The notes under the pieces are model-generated. The model saw nothing but the letters and a program-made list of their open reading frames with translations, did not search any database and was not told the DNA's origin. The position numbers and the translations under genes are program-made. Of a DNA stretch of 64,000 nucleotides, positions 47,414-58,112 are shown piece by piece (position 1 is the first letter of the stretch; each line of letters starts with the position of its first letter). This stretch comes from an uncultured virus (IMG/VR IMGVR_UViG_3300042453_004077) (lineage: Duplodnaviria > Heunggongvirae > Uroviricota > Caudoviricetes): the IMG/VR virus record IMGVR_UViG_3300042453_004077. One strand, written 5' to 3'.

Positions 47414-49252
47414 ATGGCTAACTGGAGCAATCCTCAGCTCACTACCACTTATACAGACTTCCTGGATGAGCTGAAGAATAGAGACATAGATCTCGCGCTG
47501 CAGTTTAATGGCACGACGAGCACGAACATTCCTTCTGGCACTGTTCAATGGGACGGCACGGCTAATCGATGGAAGAAGTGGACTGGCTCTGCATGGGGAG
47601 AACTGGCCACTGTTTATGCCCTCACTTCACTAACCACCACTGGCAACGCAACAATTGCTGGCTCTTTAGTTGTTAGTGGAGCAACATCATTAGGCAATGC
47701 GACTGCCACTAGCCCTTCGGTTGGTGATGACAGCACCAAAGTGGCAACTACGCAGTATGTGCAAGGGCAAGGCTATGCACGCATTTCAAACCCCACATTT
47801 ACTGGCACGCCTGCTGCTCCCACTGCTTCCGTCGGCACTAATACCACGCAACTTGCCACTACTGCCTTTGTCAATGCTGAAATCAATAATGACGCCATTC
47901 TGAAAACTGGCGGCACTTTAACTGGTGATTTGGTGCTTGCTTCGGGCTCGCCAAGCACGGCTCAATCGGCAGTGCCACGATCCTACATTGACCGCCTCGA
48001 TTGGAAGCAAAGCGTACGTTGCGCCTCTACTGCTGCGTTTACCGTTGTTCCCACTGGCGTGACCGTTCTACGAGCATCATCAAACGGCCCTCTTTCCATT
48101 GACTCTGTTTCTCCCAGCGTGGGAGATCGCGTGTTGTTGACAGCTCAGGCAAGTGGCTGGCAGAACGGCATTTATCAAGTGACGGATGCTGGTTCCGTAA
48201 GCACGACGTGGGTGTTGACAAGGCCGGCGGACGCTGATTCTTGGGACGAAATTGCTGGATCGGCAGTGGTGTCTAGAAGTGGCACGTCCAATGGGGACAG
48301 AATCTTTCTTTGCACTTCTGACACGGGCGGAACACTTGGCAGTACCAGCATTGACTGGCAAGTGACGTTTAGCTCCTACCTTAATAGTCTTTTAAGCACT
48401 ACCGGCCCTGGTCTTGTTACTAAAAGCGGCAATACGGCTTCCGCTCGAAGCATTGCAGTGTCTGGCAGTGGCTTGTCGGTCAGCAACGCAGACGGAGCGG
48501 CCGGTAATCCTACTATTTCCTTGGCTAGCGCTTCGGACAACACAGTGTCTACTGTTGTGTTTCGAGACGGCAGTGGCGGTTTTTCGGCAGGCACTATCAA
48601 TCTCAAAACGCAAAACTCCCTTCGTCTTGAGGCAAGCGGCAGTACTAACTACATTGGCCTTCGTGCTCCTGCAACTGTCACCACTTCCACCCTTCTCACT
48701 CTTCCGAATGGTGCAGGAAGCAGTGGACAAGTGCTATCAACAAACGGCACCGGCACTTTAAGCTGGGCCACTCCACGAAGAACTGCCACCTATCAATACT
48801 CTGCCACTGGCACTGCTATTACTGATGCTATTGACTCGTATGCGACAAGAGTTGTTATAGACATCATTGGACTTTCTACCACCACCGCTGTTGTTCCCAC
48901 CCTTCAACTTTCTTACGGTGGCGTGTATGTAGTCACTGGCTACACAGGCAGTGTGAGTACAGCATCAAGCACTAGCACGACCAATGCCGCCCTTTCTACT
49001 GGCTTCGCTTTGGCTGCTGGCACCTGGGCTTCTGGCAATACAATTAGCGGTCGTCTCGTTCTGACAAAATATACATCTGGCTTGGATAGCTGGATTTGCA
49101 CTGGACAGACTGGACGCCATAGCACTGCTGCATTATATTCAGTGGCTGGCTCTCTCTTTGAGGGTGGCGTCACTGCCGACGCCATTCGTCTTTACATTGA
49201 TGGCACGGCGCAATTTGACGCTGGAGTGGTGCAATTTACCTATGAAAGTTGA
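47414..49252 (+). CDS. tail fibre protein
   Basis: PTFTGTP.APTA..GTNTTQLATTAFV, GDRVLL..Q....QNGIY. Confidence 0.8.
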   Translation: MANWSNPQLTTTYTDFLDELKNRDIDLALQFNGTTSTNIPSGTVQWDGTANRWKKWTGSAWGELATVYALTSLTTTGNATIAGSLVVSGATSLGNATATSPSVGDDSTKVATTQYVQGQGYARISNPTFTGTPAAPTASVGTNTTQLATTAFVNAEINNDAILKTGGTLTGDLVLASGSPSTAQSAVPRSYIDRLDWKQSVRCASTAAFTVVPTGVTVLRASSNGPLSIDSVSPSVGDRVLLTAQASGWQNGIYQVTDAGSVSTTWVLTRPADADSWDEIAGSAVVSRSGTSNGDRIFLCTSDTGGTLGSTSIDWQVTFSSYLNSLLSTTGPGLVTKSGNTASARSIAVSGSGLSVSNADGAAGNPTISLASASDNTVSTVVFRDGSGGFSAGTINLKTQNSLRLEASGSTNYIGLRAPATVTTSTLLTLPNGAGSSGQVLSTNGTGTLSWATPRRTATYQYSATGTAITDAIDSYATRVVIDIIGLSTTTAVVPTLQLSYGGVYVVTGYTGSVSTASSTSTTNAALSTGFALAAGTWASGNTISGRLVLTKYTSGLDSWICTGQTGRHSTAALYSVAGSLFEGGVTADAIRLYIDGTAQFDAGVVQFTYES

Positions 49253-49292
49253 TTAGACTGCTCAAAGACAGTTCTTTGGCGCCTCGATTATC

Positions 49293-52200
49293 ATGGCCAA
49301 TCGCAAGATTTCAGAATTTACAGCACTGACGCAGCCGGCACCTGCAGACGTTCTGCCGATTGTTGATGTGAGCGAGGCTCTAGACGCAGATAAGAACAAG
49401 AAGATTACAGTTGAAGAGATTTTCAAGAGCATCCCTAGCGGCACTGCTGCTTCTCCTGGTATTGCGTTTGAAAGTGACGATGGGAATGGCATTTACCTTG
49501 CCGGCACCGACACTATTGGCATTTCTACCAACGGTACGGGACGTCTATTTATTGACGCAAGTGGGAATATTGGCATTGGCGCGGCGGCAACGGCTCCACT
49601 TGACGTATATAGGACAACCAACGCAGAGCTGAGGCTCACAACTTCTGCCGATGGTTATCTGCAAATTGGACAGTTCACTAACGGCGGCTTTATTGGCACG
49701 TCTAGCTCGGACTCCGTTCACGGGGCTCTGCGTTTTGGCACAGCCGCCACTGAGCGGATGCGCCTCACTTCCGCTGGCCTCTTGGGCCTGGGGACTAGCA
49801 GCCCTGTCGGCAAGTTAAACGTAGCAGGATATAGTTCAACTGATGTTGCACAAGATATTCAAATTACCAGATCTTCTTCGGGAACAGGAATTCAAACAGG
49901 ACCAAACCTAACCCTCAGCACCGGAACATCTACCGATACGATTGCGCTTCAAGGGACGCAAGGGCGTTTTGGTATTTGGAACTATGCTTCTAGCAGTTGG
50001 GTTGAAAGGTTCTGCGTAACTGGTCCAGGCAACGTAGGCATAGGAACCAACGCTCCCACGACCACGCTTGACTGCCGTGGTGTTATTTCAACCAACGACG
50101 CTCTTTATTGCTACAACAGCGCCAGGGACGGACTGGGCATTTGGTACAACCCTGGTGGAGCTGGAGTCAATCAGTTAACAGCGCGTGTCAACGGTGGAGA
50201 TAGGCTCACTATTGATGGTTCAGGCCGCGTAGGCTTGGGGACTACGAGCCCCAGCGTCAATTTTGAGATTGTTGGTACTACAACAGACGCTGTTTATGCA
50301 GGCGTAACAGCAACCAATGCAAGCAGTTATTCCGTTCTCCAAGTTCGAAATACTGGCACCTCTGGCAGAAACTATCACATAGGAGTCGGCGGCAGCTCGG
50401 CGGCATCGCTCGCTAATTCCTTTTACATTTACGACGCAACTGCTGGCGCTGGCAGACTTGTTATTGACTCCTCAGGCCGTGTAGGGGTGGGCACTACGAG
50501 CCCTGATAAAACTCTTTCTATTGCTACGTCCAATGGTAATGGCGTGCTGATTAGATCTGGCGCTTATGGAACAACCGGATCTAATGCAACACTTTATTTA
50601 TCAGGAGGTGGATATGACGATGGTCAACCGGCTGGTTTTGCTATAGCTTCTGAACAAGTAAGCATAAACAATCACGTATTAAAATTTTGCCAATCAACCG
50701 CCAATGCAGACGGTAGCAGTTATGCAATCAGCACAGAGCGGATGCGCATCGACAGCTCCGGCCGCCTGTTGGTTGGCACGTCTACGAGCGCTAGCGTTGG
50801 TAGCAACGCGCCATATTCGCTCCTTCAAGTAAAAGGCAACTCGTTCAGCTCGTCTGGTCCTGGCCTTATCAATCTTCAGCGCGGCGAGGCGCCAACCGCG
50901 ATTACATCTGGCGAGGAAATAGGAAAGATTGTCTTCTCTGCAAACGACGGTAGCGAGTTTGCAATTATCGAAACGCTAGCCGACGCAAATGCCGGATCGA
51001 GCGACTATCCCGGCCGCCTCGTCTTCAGCACCACTGCCGATAGCGCATCATCACCAACCGCTCGCATGACCATCAAGAGCGATGGGAAGGTGGGTATTGG
51101 GACGGAAAGCCCACAAGGCATTCTTGATGTTGTAAAAGCTGGCGGAAGCACATCCCCGAATCTAGCTCTTATTTCTGGAGGCCCTGGAGACCCTTCAAGC
51201 GTTGATCCATCAATTCAATTTGGCGCCAGCGGAGCTGAATCTATTGGCACAACTAAGATCGTATCTACGGGAGGTTACAACGACCGTGCATTGGCTTTTC
51301 ACACAGGCACTGATGGGGCTGGCACGGAACGCCTTCGTATCACATCTACTGGTCGCGTTGGCATAGGAACCAGCAGCCCTGGCTACGTGCTAGACGTTCT
51401 TGGATCTGCACGCGTAAAAACTGGAGCTACGGAAACGCCTTTCATTATTGCCACGGGTGGCGATTCTCAAGCTGCTTTGCGTTTTGGCAGCACAGGAGGT
51501 GGTGGCTTTTACGGAATCTATGGCGGAGCTGATTACGTTGGACTGCAGCTTTGGACAAGTGGAAATCAAGCTCTTACCATTGACAACTTGCAACGAGTGG
51601 GGATCGGCACCGGCAGCCCCACCCAGGCGCTAAGCGTCGTAGGGAGCATCCAGCTTGGTGCGACACTTGCTGGTGGCGTCAGTGGTACTTCCTATTCAAT
51701 CCTGGGCAATGGTGTTACTGGCGGGAACGCAAGCGGTGGTGATGTTAACGTCATTGCTGGAGCTGGTTCTGGATCTGGTGTAAATGGCAGCGTTTACATT
51801 TCTGCTGGATCCACTCTTTCGCCTGCAAGCGTTACCACTGGCGGCAGCGTTTTCATTACTTCCGGCAAGCCGTCAGATTCGCTGGCGAGCGGAACAATTG
51901 ACTTCAGGTATTACGCGGGCAATCCTTCGACACTAGCTACCGCCATGAGGATTGACTCCTCAGGCCGCGTAGGGATTGGCACTACGAGCCCCACTACGAT
52001 TCTACATCTCCAGAGTTCGGCAGCAAACGCATACCTCAGGGTCACGAATGGGACTGTTGACTCTTATTTCGGAATTGACAACGCAAACTCGGCGGCGGAC
52101 ATATATGTTGCAACCACTCATCCACTTCGATTCTTCACGAATAGCGCGGAACGCGCCCGCATCGACAGCTCCGGCCGTTTGTTGGTGGGAACTTCTACTG

Positions 52201-53108
52201 CGCGTAGCAACACATACAACGCCTCCGTTTCTCAAGCGTTTCAGGTGGAGGGCACGACAGATTCAACCAGGGGGATAGGGGTCTTCTCATCTGCGAGCAA
52301 CGGATTGGGTGGGTATTTAACGCTTGCTATGCAACGAAGTGGAACGATTGGTGGAAATACCATCGTAAATAACGCGGATGAACTTGGTTTTATTAGTTTT
52401 CAAGGCAGCGATGGAACTGATTTCGTAGAGGGCGCACGGATTAGCACTTTTGTAGACGGCACCCCCGGCGCTAACGACATGCCAGGCCGCCTAGTGTTCT
52501 CCACTACGGCCGATGGGGCGTCTTCTCCGACGGAGAGGATGAGGATTACGAGTACTGGATCTGTACAGTGCGCCAGCGCTACCGGCGGTGCTCCTGTTTT
52601 AAGCGTTGATAACTCTTCTAATGTAAGCGGCAGTCAAGTTCTGTATCTTGCAAACCGAGCCAACGCGAACAATCAGTCTTCGTATTATATTGTCGCTCAA
52701 GAGCCGGGTGTTGCCAATAGGTTCTTCGTTCTCGGCAACGGCGATGTTCTGAATGCGAATAACGTCTACGGCTCCATGTCTGACATCAAGCTAAAAGAGA
52801 ACATTATTGATGCTTCATCTCAGTGGAGTGATCTTAAAGCCTTAAGGGTTCGCAAGTACAACTTCAAGCCCGAAACCGGTCAGCACACTCATACTCAAAT
52901 TGGCCTGGTCGCCCAAGAAGTCGAGGTGGTTTCGCCTGGCTTGATTCATGAATCCCCCGACTTGGACGCGGAAGGCAACGACCTTGGCACTGTCACCAAG
53001 AGCGTCAACTACTCGGTGCTCTACATGAAGGCAGTCAAGGCACTTCAAGAAGCAATGGAGCGCATTGAGGTTCTGGAACAGCGCCTCTCTGATGCTGGCA
53101 TCGCCTAG
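49293..53108 (+). CDS. long tail fibre with C-terminal intramolecular chaperone (peptidase S74)
   Basis: Repeated ERMRI.SSG.VGIGT.SP modules; SDIKLKENI...GLVAQEV...VKALQE. Confidence 0.9.
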   Translation: MANRKISEFTALTQPAPADVLPIVDVSEALDADKNKKITVEEIFKSIPSGTAASPGIAFESDDGNGIYLAGTDTIGISTNGTGRLFIDASGNIGIGAAATAPLDVYRTTNAELRLTTSADGYLQIGQFTNGGFIGTSSSDSVHGALRFGTAATERMRLTSAGLLGLGTSSPVGKLNVAGYSSTDVAQDIQITRSSSGTGIQTGPNLTLSTGTSTDTIALQGTQGRFGIWNYASSSWVERFCVTGPGNVGIGTNAPTTTLDCRGVISTNDALYCYNSARDGLGIWYNPGGAGVNQLTARVNGGDRLTIDGSGRVGLGTTSPSVNFEIVGTTTDAVYAGVTATNASSYSVLQVRNTGTSGRNYHIGVGGSSAASLANSFYIYDATAGAGRLVIDSSGRVGVGTTSPDKTLSIATSNGNGVLIRSGAYGTTGSNATLYLSGGGYDDGQPAGFAIASEQVSINNHVLKFCQSTANADGSSYAISTERMRIDSSGRLLVGTSTSASVGSNAPYSLLQVKGNSFSSSGPGLINLQRGEAPTAITSGEEIGKIVFSANDGSEFAIIETLADANAGSSDYPGRLVFSTTADSASSPTARMTIKSDGKVGIGTESPQGILDVVKAGGSTSPNLALISGGPGDPSSVDPSIQFGASGAESIGTTKIVSTGGYNDRALAFHTGTDGAGTERLRITSTGRVGIGTSSPGYVLDVLGSARVKTGATETPFIIATGGDSQAALRFGSTGGGGFYGIYGGADYVGLQLWTSGNQALTIDNLQRVGIGTGSPTQALSVVGSIQLGATLAGGVSGTSYSILGNGVTGGNASGGDVNVIAGAGSGSGVNGSVYISAGSTLSPASVTTGGSVFITSGKPSDSLASGTIDFRYYAGNPSTLATAMRIDSSGRVGIGTTSPTTILHLQSSAANAYLRVTNGTVDSYFGIDNANSAADIYVATTHPLRFFTNSAERARIDSSGRLLVGTSTARSNTYNASVSQAFQVEGTTDSTRGIGVFSSASNGLGGYLTLAMQRSGTIGGNTIVNNADELGFISFQGSDGTDFVEGARISTFVDGTPGANDMPGRLVFSTTADGASSPTERMRITSTGSVQCASATGGAPVLSVDNSSNVSGSQVLYLANRANANNQSSYYIVAQEPGVANRFFVLGNGDVLNANNVYGSMSDIKLKENIIDASSQWSDLKALRVRKYNFKPETGQHTHTQIGLVAQEVEVVSPGLIHESPDLDAEGNDLGTVTKSVNYSVLYMKAVKALQEAMERIEVLEQRLSDAGIA

Positions 53109-53792
53109 GCCTTATAGGCCTACTCACATCGAGGCCTGGCTCAACTATCTGGAATTGCCGGATGGTTGGGCTTGCCCTAGAGTTGAAGGGCAGCGGTGCG
53201 TCAACACCCTGCCCCTGGCCACAGCTCCCTGGAAACCATGACCGAAGGATTTTATTACGAGCCAAGCGAAAGCGTCTATCAGCGCTACGCTTGGGCGGAT
53301 AACGGCAAAGTGTCACTGTGTAACGATTCCGATGGAGAATACGAACAGGTATTTGCCAATCGAGAAGAATTGCAACGTTTTGTTGATCATCTGACAGCAG
53401 TAGCTGACGAAGTCTGGCCAAACTGACAAGTCATTCCCACTAATTAGCATGAAATCGATCGACGACTACACAACACTCGGAGCAATAGCATTAGTACTGA
53501 TTATTTTTACTGTTTTTAGTATCTGGTGGCTGCCTCAAAAATGGCAAGGCTGCAAAAAGCTGTATGACAATCCGCCAGCTCAGATTGTCTGTCTGCTGAG
53601 CGAGTAGTCACCTTCACTTCAATGCCTTGTCCCTCTTACTGCTGCCAGCGCTGCGGTGAACAGATTGGACTGATTGGTCGACTCTTCCAGTTCATCCGCA
53701 TTCCGTTGCATCACTGTCCAGCGCAGCAGCCTCCTTCACAAAAGAACATGAGGCGTTTGTGCCCTAGAATGTCCCAAGTCAATTGACTTTCC

Positions 53793-54104
53793 ATGGAAAC
53801 AACTTTTACTTGGCGCATTGCGCAACTCGAAAGAGAAACTCAAGACGGTTTTGTCTACACGCTTCACTATACGATTGATGCTAATGATGGCGTGTATTCT
53901 TCGGGGGCGTATGGCTCGCTGGGTCTGGAGCGTCCCGAAGGCGAAATGATTCCTTTCGATAGCCTCACGGAAGAGCTTTGCGTGGGCTGGGCTAAAGATG
54001 CCCTTGGCGAGGAGAAAGTGGCAGAAATCGAAGCCGCTTTGCGAAGCCAGATCGATGAAAAGCGTTCGCCCACTCGCTTGCCGGGCGTGCCTTGGCAGAG
54101 CTAA
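53793..54104 (+). CDS. conserved-looking phage protein downstream of tail fibre
   Basis: IPFDSLTEE...GW...ALG...GVPW. Confidence 0.7.
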   Translation: METTFTWRIAQLERETQDGFVYTLHYTIDANDGVYSSGAYGSLGLERPEGEMIPFDSLTEELCVGWAKDALGEEKVAEIEAALRSQIDEKRSPTRLPGVPWQS

Positions 54105-54127
54105 GCTAAGCCTTTCGTCCGTCCATC

Positions 54128-54268
54128 GTGGCAGTCAAAAGCAAAGCAGGAGCATCCAGCTCTAAGCGCATCATCGTCAGCACGCCTAAGCGCACCAGGC
54201 AAGGGAATGGCCAAAATAGCCGCCCTAGTCACGGTCGTAAACTTTTACGAGGCCAAGGCAAAGGCTGA
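54128..54268 (+). CDS. small basic protein (46 aa)
   Basis: GTG start; ...PKRTRQGNGQNS...RGQGKG; followed by a terminator. Confidence 0.6.
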   Translation: MAVKSKAGASSSKRIIVSTPKRTRQGNGQNSRPSHGRKLLRGQGKG

Positions 54269-54286
54269 TTGACGAGCGCACTGCAG

Positions 54287-54314
54287 GAGGCTAGTCTACG
54301 GACTGGCCTCTTTT
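54287..54314 (+). terminator. Rho-independent terminator
   Basis: GAGGCTAGTC-TACG-GACTGGCCTC-TTTT. Confidence 0.75.
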
Positions 54315-54580
54315 CATGCCGTGGCTTTCGTCAATTCCATTTCCTTTTCCCATCGTTTTTCTGATGACGGAGTGTGCCATGATACGTGTTCGTATCAGGA
54401 AATCAATCACACTTACAGCGCTGATACTGCCACTGCAGTAACACGAGCGTTCTATCAGTTCATGCTGGGATGCGGCTATGCTCCCATCAGCGTTGTCGAG
54501 GCTATGCTTTCAATTGGCACCGAGCATGAAGAAGCGCTGATTGGAAAGCAGTACAATGGAGAGAAACAAAGTGATTAACG

Positions 54581-55804
54581 ATGGGGCAAATCAAAAGGGG
54601 CGGCGAACAGTTTGAAACCCACATTCTTGCTGATTATCGTGGGCAAATTGTTCAAGGTGGTGTAGACAGTGGAGCAGTGGATGCGTTCGGAAGACAGCGC
54701 ACCAGTGCTCCCTACACGCTTTTTGATAGCACAATGCGCTATGACAAGCGCCCTGATCAGTGGTTTGACAGTCTTGTTGGCAGCGGCACTTCTACGTTTC
54801 TGACCAATCAAAGCAGTGTTGCCATGGCCACCACCACGGCCTCTGGCGACACTGTTCTCAGGCGCACCAAGCAGAACTTTCCCTATCAGGCCGGCAAGAG
54901 CATGATGCTTTTGCAAAGTTTTGTTGGAGCTCCATTAGCTTCTGGTCTCATCCAGGAAGTGGGCATTTTCAATGACGAAAATGGCGTGATGGTTAGGGCT
55001 AGTGGCACCACTGTTCAATTCGTCGTGAGGAGCTACGCAAACGGAACGGTTCAAGAAGACGTGGTAGATCAGTCGTCTTGGAACATTGACACTCTTTCTT
55101 CTTTAGATTTTTCAAAAGCGCAAATCTTTACTGCCGACTTGGAATGGTTGGGAGTGGGGCGCGTGCGTTGCGGCTTTGTCGTAAATGGTGAAGTTACTTA
55201 CTGTCACGAGTTTGAGCATTACAACACGCTGAGCAGTGTCTACATGACCACTGCCATTCTCCCATTGTCCTACCGTCTTCGCAACGCTACGGCTCAAGCA
55301 TCGGGGGCAACGATGAAGCAAATCTGTTGCAGTGTCCTGAGTGAGGGAGGTTACGAGCCCGATGGTGCTATTTACTCGGCGGGCCTCGATTTAACAACAG
55401 TACCTAACGTTTCCGGAGAGCGCATCACTGCAGGCATTCGTATGGCTAGTGGCCGTACGGGCAATGTCATTCTTCCAGTGAGGATCTCCACCACCACTGC
55501 TTCAAGCGACGTTGTACTTTGGCGCTTGCGGCTCAATCCAACGCTCTCTGGCGTCTCCTGGACAGCGGCCGACAATGGAAGGGGCAATGTGGAAGTGACC
55601 ACTAGCGGCACTGCCACTGGAGGCACTGTCATCGACTCGGGCTTTGTGAGTCAAGGAAGCGCCAATAACTACGCAGTGGCAGAAGCCATTCGCTTGGCTC
55701 TAGGGCAAAACGCTTCTGGCGTAAGCGACACGCTGATTCTGACAGTGGACAGCTCCGTGAGTGCCAAGGCTTTGGGGATGATTGGCTGGGTGGAAGTGGT
55801 GTGA
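54581..55804 (+). CDS. putative virion structural protein (lectin/beta-sandwich-like)
   Basis: DAFGR.R.S.P.TLFDS, YQAGKS, DLEWLGVGRVR.GF. Confidence 0.7.
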   Translation: MGQIKRGGEQFETHILADYRGQIVQGGVDSGAVDAFGRQRTSAPYTLFDSTMRYDKRPDQWFDSLVGSGTSTFLTNQSSVAMATTTASGDTVLRRTKQNFPYQAGKSMMLLQSFVGAPLASGLIQEVGIFNDENGVMVRASGTTVQFVVRSYANGTVQEDVVDQSSWNIDTLSSLDFSKAQIFTADLEWLGVGRVRCGFVVNGEVTYCHEFEHYNTLSSVYMTTAILPLSYRLRNATAQASGATMKQICCSVLSEGGYEPDGAIYSAGLDLTTVPNVSGERITAGIRMASGRTGNVILPVRISTTTASSDVVLWRLRLNPTLSGVSWTAADNGRGNVEVTTSGTATGGTVIDSGFVSQGSANNYAVAEAIRLALGQNASGVSDTLILTVDSSVSAKALGMIGWVEVV

Positions 55805-56028
55805 GCGGTGGTATGATTCCACCATCCAGCCCCTCTTCCATTGGACCCACACTTAAAGCAGCAGCAAGAATCTATTAGCGAAGCTTTGTCCGAGCTAATG
55901 ACTCCAGAAGACGATCACATACAGGCTTATCGTGCAATCATTGACGCTGTTGAAGAGTGGGTGGTGTACCACGAAAAAGAGGCAAGAAAATGGCGGATGC
56001 TGCGTGTTAGCCTTGGCCCGACAAGGGT

Positions 56029-56331
56029 GTGACAATGGAAGACTGGTTGAATTCGGCTGAAATCAAAGAGCTTCGTGAGTCTTTTAGTGTTTTTCAAAAG
56101 CAGCAAGAGGCCGAGGATGATGCGTGGTGGGACAGTCTTAATTACGAAGGCCGAGCACAAGCTTTTCGGCAAGTGTGCAAACTGATGTACAAAGCAGAAG
56201 TGCAAGATAAAGGCTCCTACCGCTGGGCTATTTACGACGTATTTGGCCTGGAATATGGCGATGGCTTGGATCACTTCATGACCCTACACAATCTCATTGG
56301 GAAGGGCTTGGACCATCAAGAGTCCAAGTGA
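56029..56331 (+). CDS. hypothetical protein
   Basis: 100-aa ORF. Confidence 0.6.
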   Translation: MTMEDWLNSAEIKELRESFSVFQKQQEAEDDAWWDSLNYEGRAQAFRQVCKLMYKAEVQDKGSYRWAIYDVFGLEYGDGLDHFMTLHNLIGKGLDHQESK

Positions 56332-56701
56332 TGCGCAGTTCTGCTCCGAGCGATTTGATGGCGTCACTAGCGTCGTCTGGCGCTTCGTGGACAATCATCA
56401 CGCTAGGAACAATTGCATCTGGCAATGGCGTGACAGTGGCCTTCGGGAAGAGCTCCTGAGCCTTAGTCGCTAAAGCTTCCGCTCGGTGCTCCCTTTCTTC
56501 TTTTTCCCATTGCTCCACCAAAACGGCGGCCTGCTTATCAACGGCCTCCATGGTGGTTTTGGTTTTCCATTCCACCCATGCAGGACGGCACCATTCCAGA
56601 AGCCGCTTGTACCACCATTTAGAAGCAATGGAAGGGCGCTGTTTGGCAAGTTCAAGCGCTAGCTCGTAGCACAGCGCCAAGAGCCATTGCTCCCAGTTCA
56701 T
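56294..56701 (-). CDS. hypothetical protein in lysis cluster
   Basis: ATGA overlap with the endolysin gene. Confidence 0.6.
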   Translation of the reverse strand: MNWEQWLLALCYELALELAKQRPSIASKWWYKRLLEWCRPAWVEWKTKTTMEAVDKQAAVLVEQWEKEEREHRAEALATKAQELFPKATVTPLPDAIVPSVMIVHEAPDDASDAIKSLGAELRITWTLDGPSPSQ

Positions 56702-57648
56702 GAACCTTCCTGCCAGACGCTCACGAAAACTGTTCCTTGCCTATAGAGCGGAAGAATTTTGTTGATGAGGTCTTGATTATGAATGCGGCAACATCCGTGA
56801 GTTGCGACAAGCGGCTGACGAGGAGCCCAAGCACCCGGCCATCCCAATGCACTTCCGCCCCCATGGAGACCAATGCCTGCGCGTCCTACTTTGCCCTCTT
56901 GATTTTCCAGCTCGACCATGTCATAGAAGGCCCAGCCATAAGCCATGAGCGTACGGTCGTAAGGAGCCTTTTCTCCATGGAGAGCATGGTCGTTGTAGAG
57001 TTGTCCCAGCTTGTACAATCCTGGCGGAGCGTCAGAATTATGGAGCTTCCATTCAAGGTCGCTGTACTGCCCACGAGCCAAGCAAGGGATTTCCCATAGA
57101 AGCTTCCCTTCAAAAGAGAAAGCTTTCATGGTTTCCTTGGCATCGTTCACGACAAGGTGTGAGTCGCCTTGCTTAAAGCCAAAATCTTGCGGGCGTTTCT
57201 TGGGACCAATCATGGCAGAAGTAGTGGATTCTGGAGCGTATTGCTTCATCAGTTTAGAAAGCTTTGCCGGATAATCAGGATCCGTGGCATATTTCTGTTG
57301 ATAAAGCATGCGGGCCGCTGCGTAGCGGTTGGGAGCCGTATTGATGCCCTTGAAATGCCGATAGTCTTTATACCAGCGAGTGACTAGGTATTCAATGCAA
57401 GCGGCAATGGAAGGGAAGTCAATAAAGCCTGCCCTGATCGTCACCCACTGCCCATCGTAAAATTCTTTCGTCGAGACAGTAGAGCCATCGCCTTTCAGGC
57501 CAAGCACATTATTCTTGCCCGAAAAGTGCTTACCAAAGCCGCTTTCAAGACAGCACTGAGCCGCAACAAGCTCTGGAAACCGTGCTCCGCATTTGCGTGC
57601 AATATCAAAGCACTGGTTCCAGAAAGCTTGTTCAGCGGACATGCTCAA
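56698..57648 (-). CDS. endolysin: glucosaminidase (GH73) plus L,D-transpeptidase-like domain
   Basis: AAQCCLESGFG, NNVLGLK, YATDPDY..KL; C-terminal GIGLHGG...THGCCR. Confidence 0.85.
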   Translation of the reverse strand: MSMSAEQAFWNQCFDIARKCGARFPELVAAQCCLESGFGKHFSGKNNVLGLKGDGSTVSTKEFYDGQWVTIRAGFIDFPSIAACIEYLVTRWYKDYRHFKGINTAPNRYAAARMLYQQKYATDPDYPAKLSKLMKQYAPESTTSAMIGPKKRPQDFGFKQGDSHLVVNDAKETMKAFSFEGKLLWEIPCLARGQYSDLEWKLHNSDAPPGLYKLGQLYNDHALHGEKAPYDRTLMAYGWAFYDMVELENQEGKVGRAGIGLHGGGSALGWPGAWAPRQPLVATHGCCRIHNQDLINKILPLYRQGTVFVSVWQEGS

Positions 57649-57788
57649 CCCTTCACGCGAAAGACTGCCTTGAGGCCAGTCAGAAGCAATTGCACCACGT
57701 TATTGCTTTTCCAGGGAGTGTGTTGAATCACTTGGTCGGCGGCCGCGATGACAATGCCGCCAACAACAAACCATTCAATGGAGGTCAT
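57645..57788 (-). CDS. small membrane protein, possible holin
   Basis: MTSIEWFVVGGIVIAAADQVIQHTPWKSNNVVQLLL..., directly upstream of the endolysin. Confidence 0.55.
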   Translation of the reverse strand: MTSIEWFVVGGIVIAAADQVIQHTPWKSNNVVQLLLTGLKAVFRVKG

Positions 57789-57812
57789 GATAAGGAAAGC
57801 TTTTCCCTTAGC

Positions 57813-58022
57813 TTAGCGCTCGATTTCCAGCGAACGCACGCGAGTTTCAAGGCTCTTAATGTTTTCGGTGAGAGCGTCTAGCTTTTCAATGACGGTCTCA
57901 ACTTGTGTGGTAATGCGAGCTTGCTGAGTGCCAATAGCTACCATCGTGCCACCAGTGGCAAGAAGCATTCCCGCTGTAACGGTCACCGCCAAATCAGCGG
58001 CCTTTTCTTGCCAGGTCTTCAT
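57813..58022 (-). CDS. TM plus coiled-coil protein (lysis cluster)
   Basis: Hydrophobic N-terminus, coiled-coil C-terminus. Confidence 0.6.
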   Translation of the reverse strand: MKTWQEKAADLAVTVTAGMLLATGGTMVAIGTQQARITTQVETVIEKLDALTENIKSLETRVRSLEIER

Positions 58023-58112
58023 TGGACGAGTGACACTTTTTCTTCTATTCTACATTCTCCCCTCCATCGCCTTCGGTGGTTTAAGCTAAAGGCAAGCGAG
58101 CATTGTGATGCT

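Noticed and set aside
49293..53108. Diversity-generating retroelement acting on the tail fibre
   Set aside because: No reverse transcriptase in the window, and the repeat differences are not adenine-specific.
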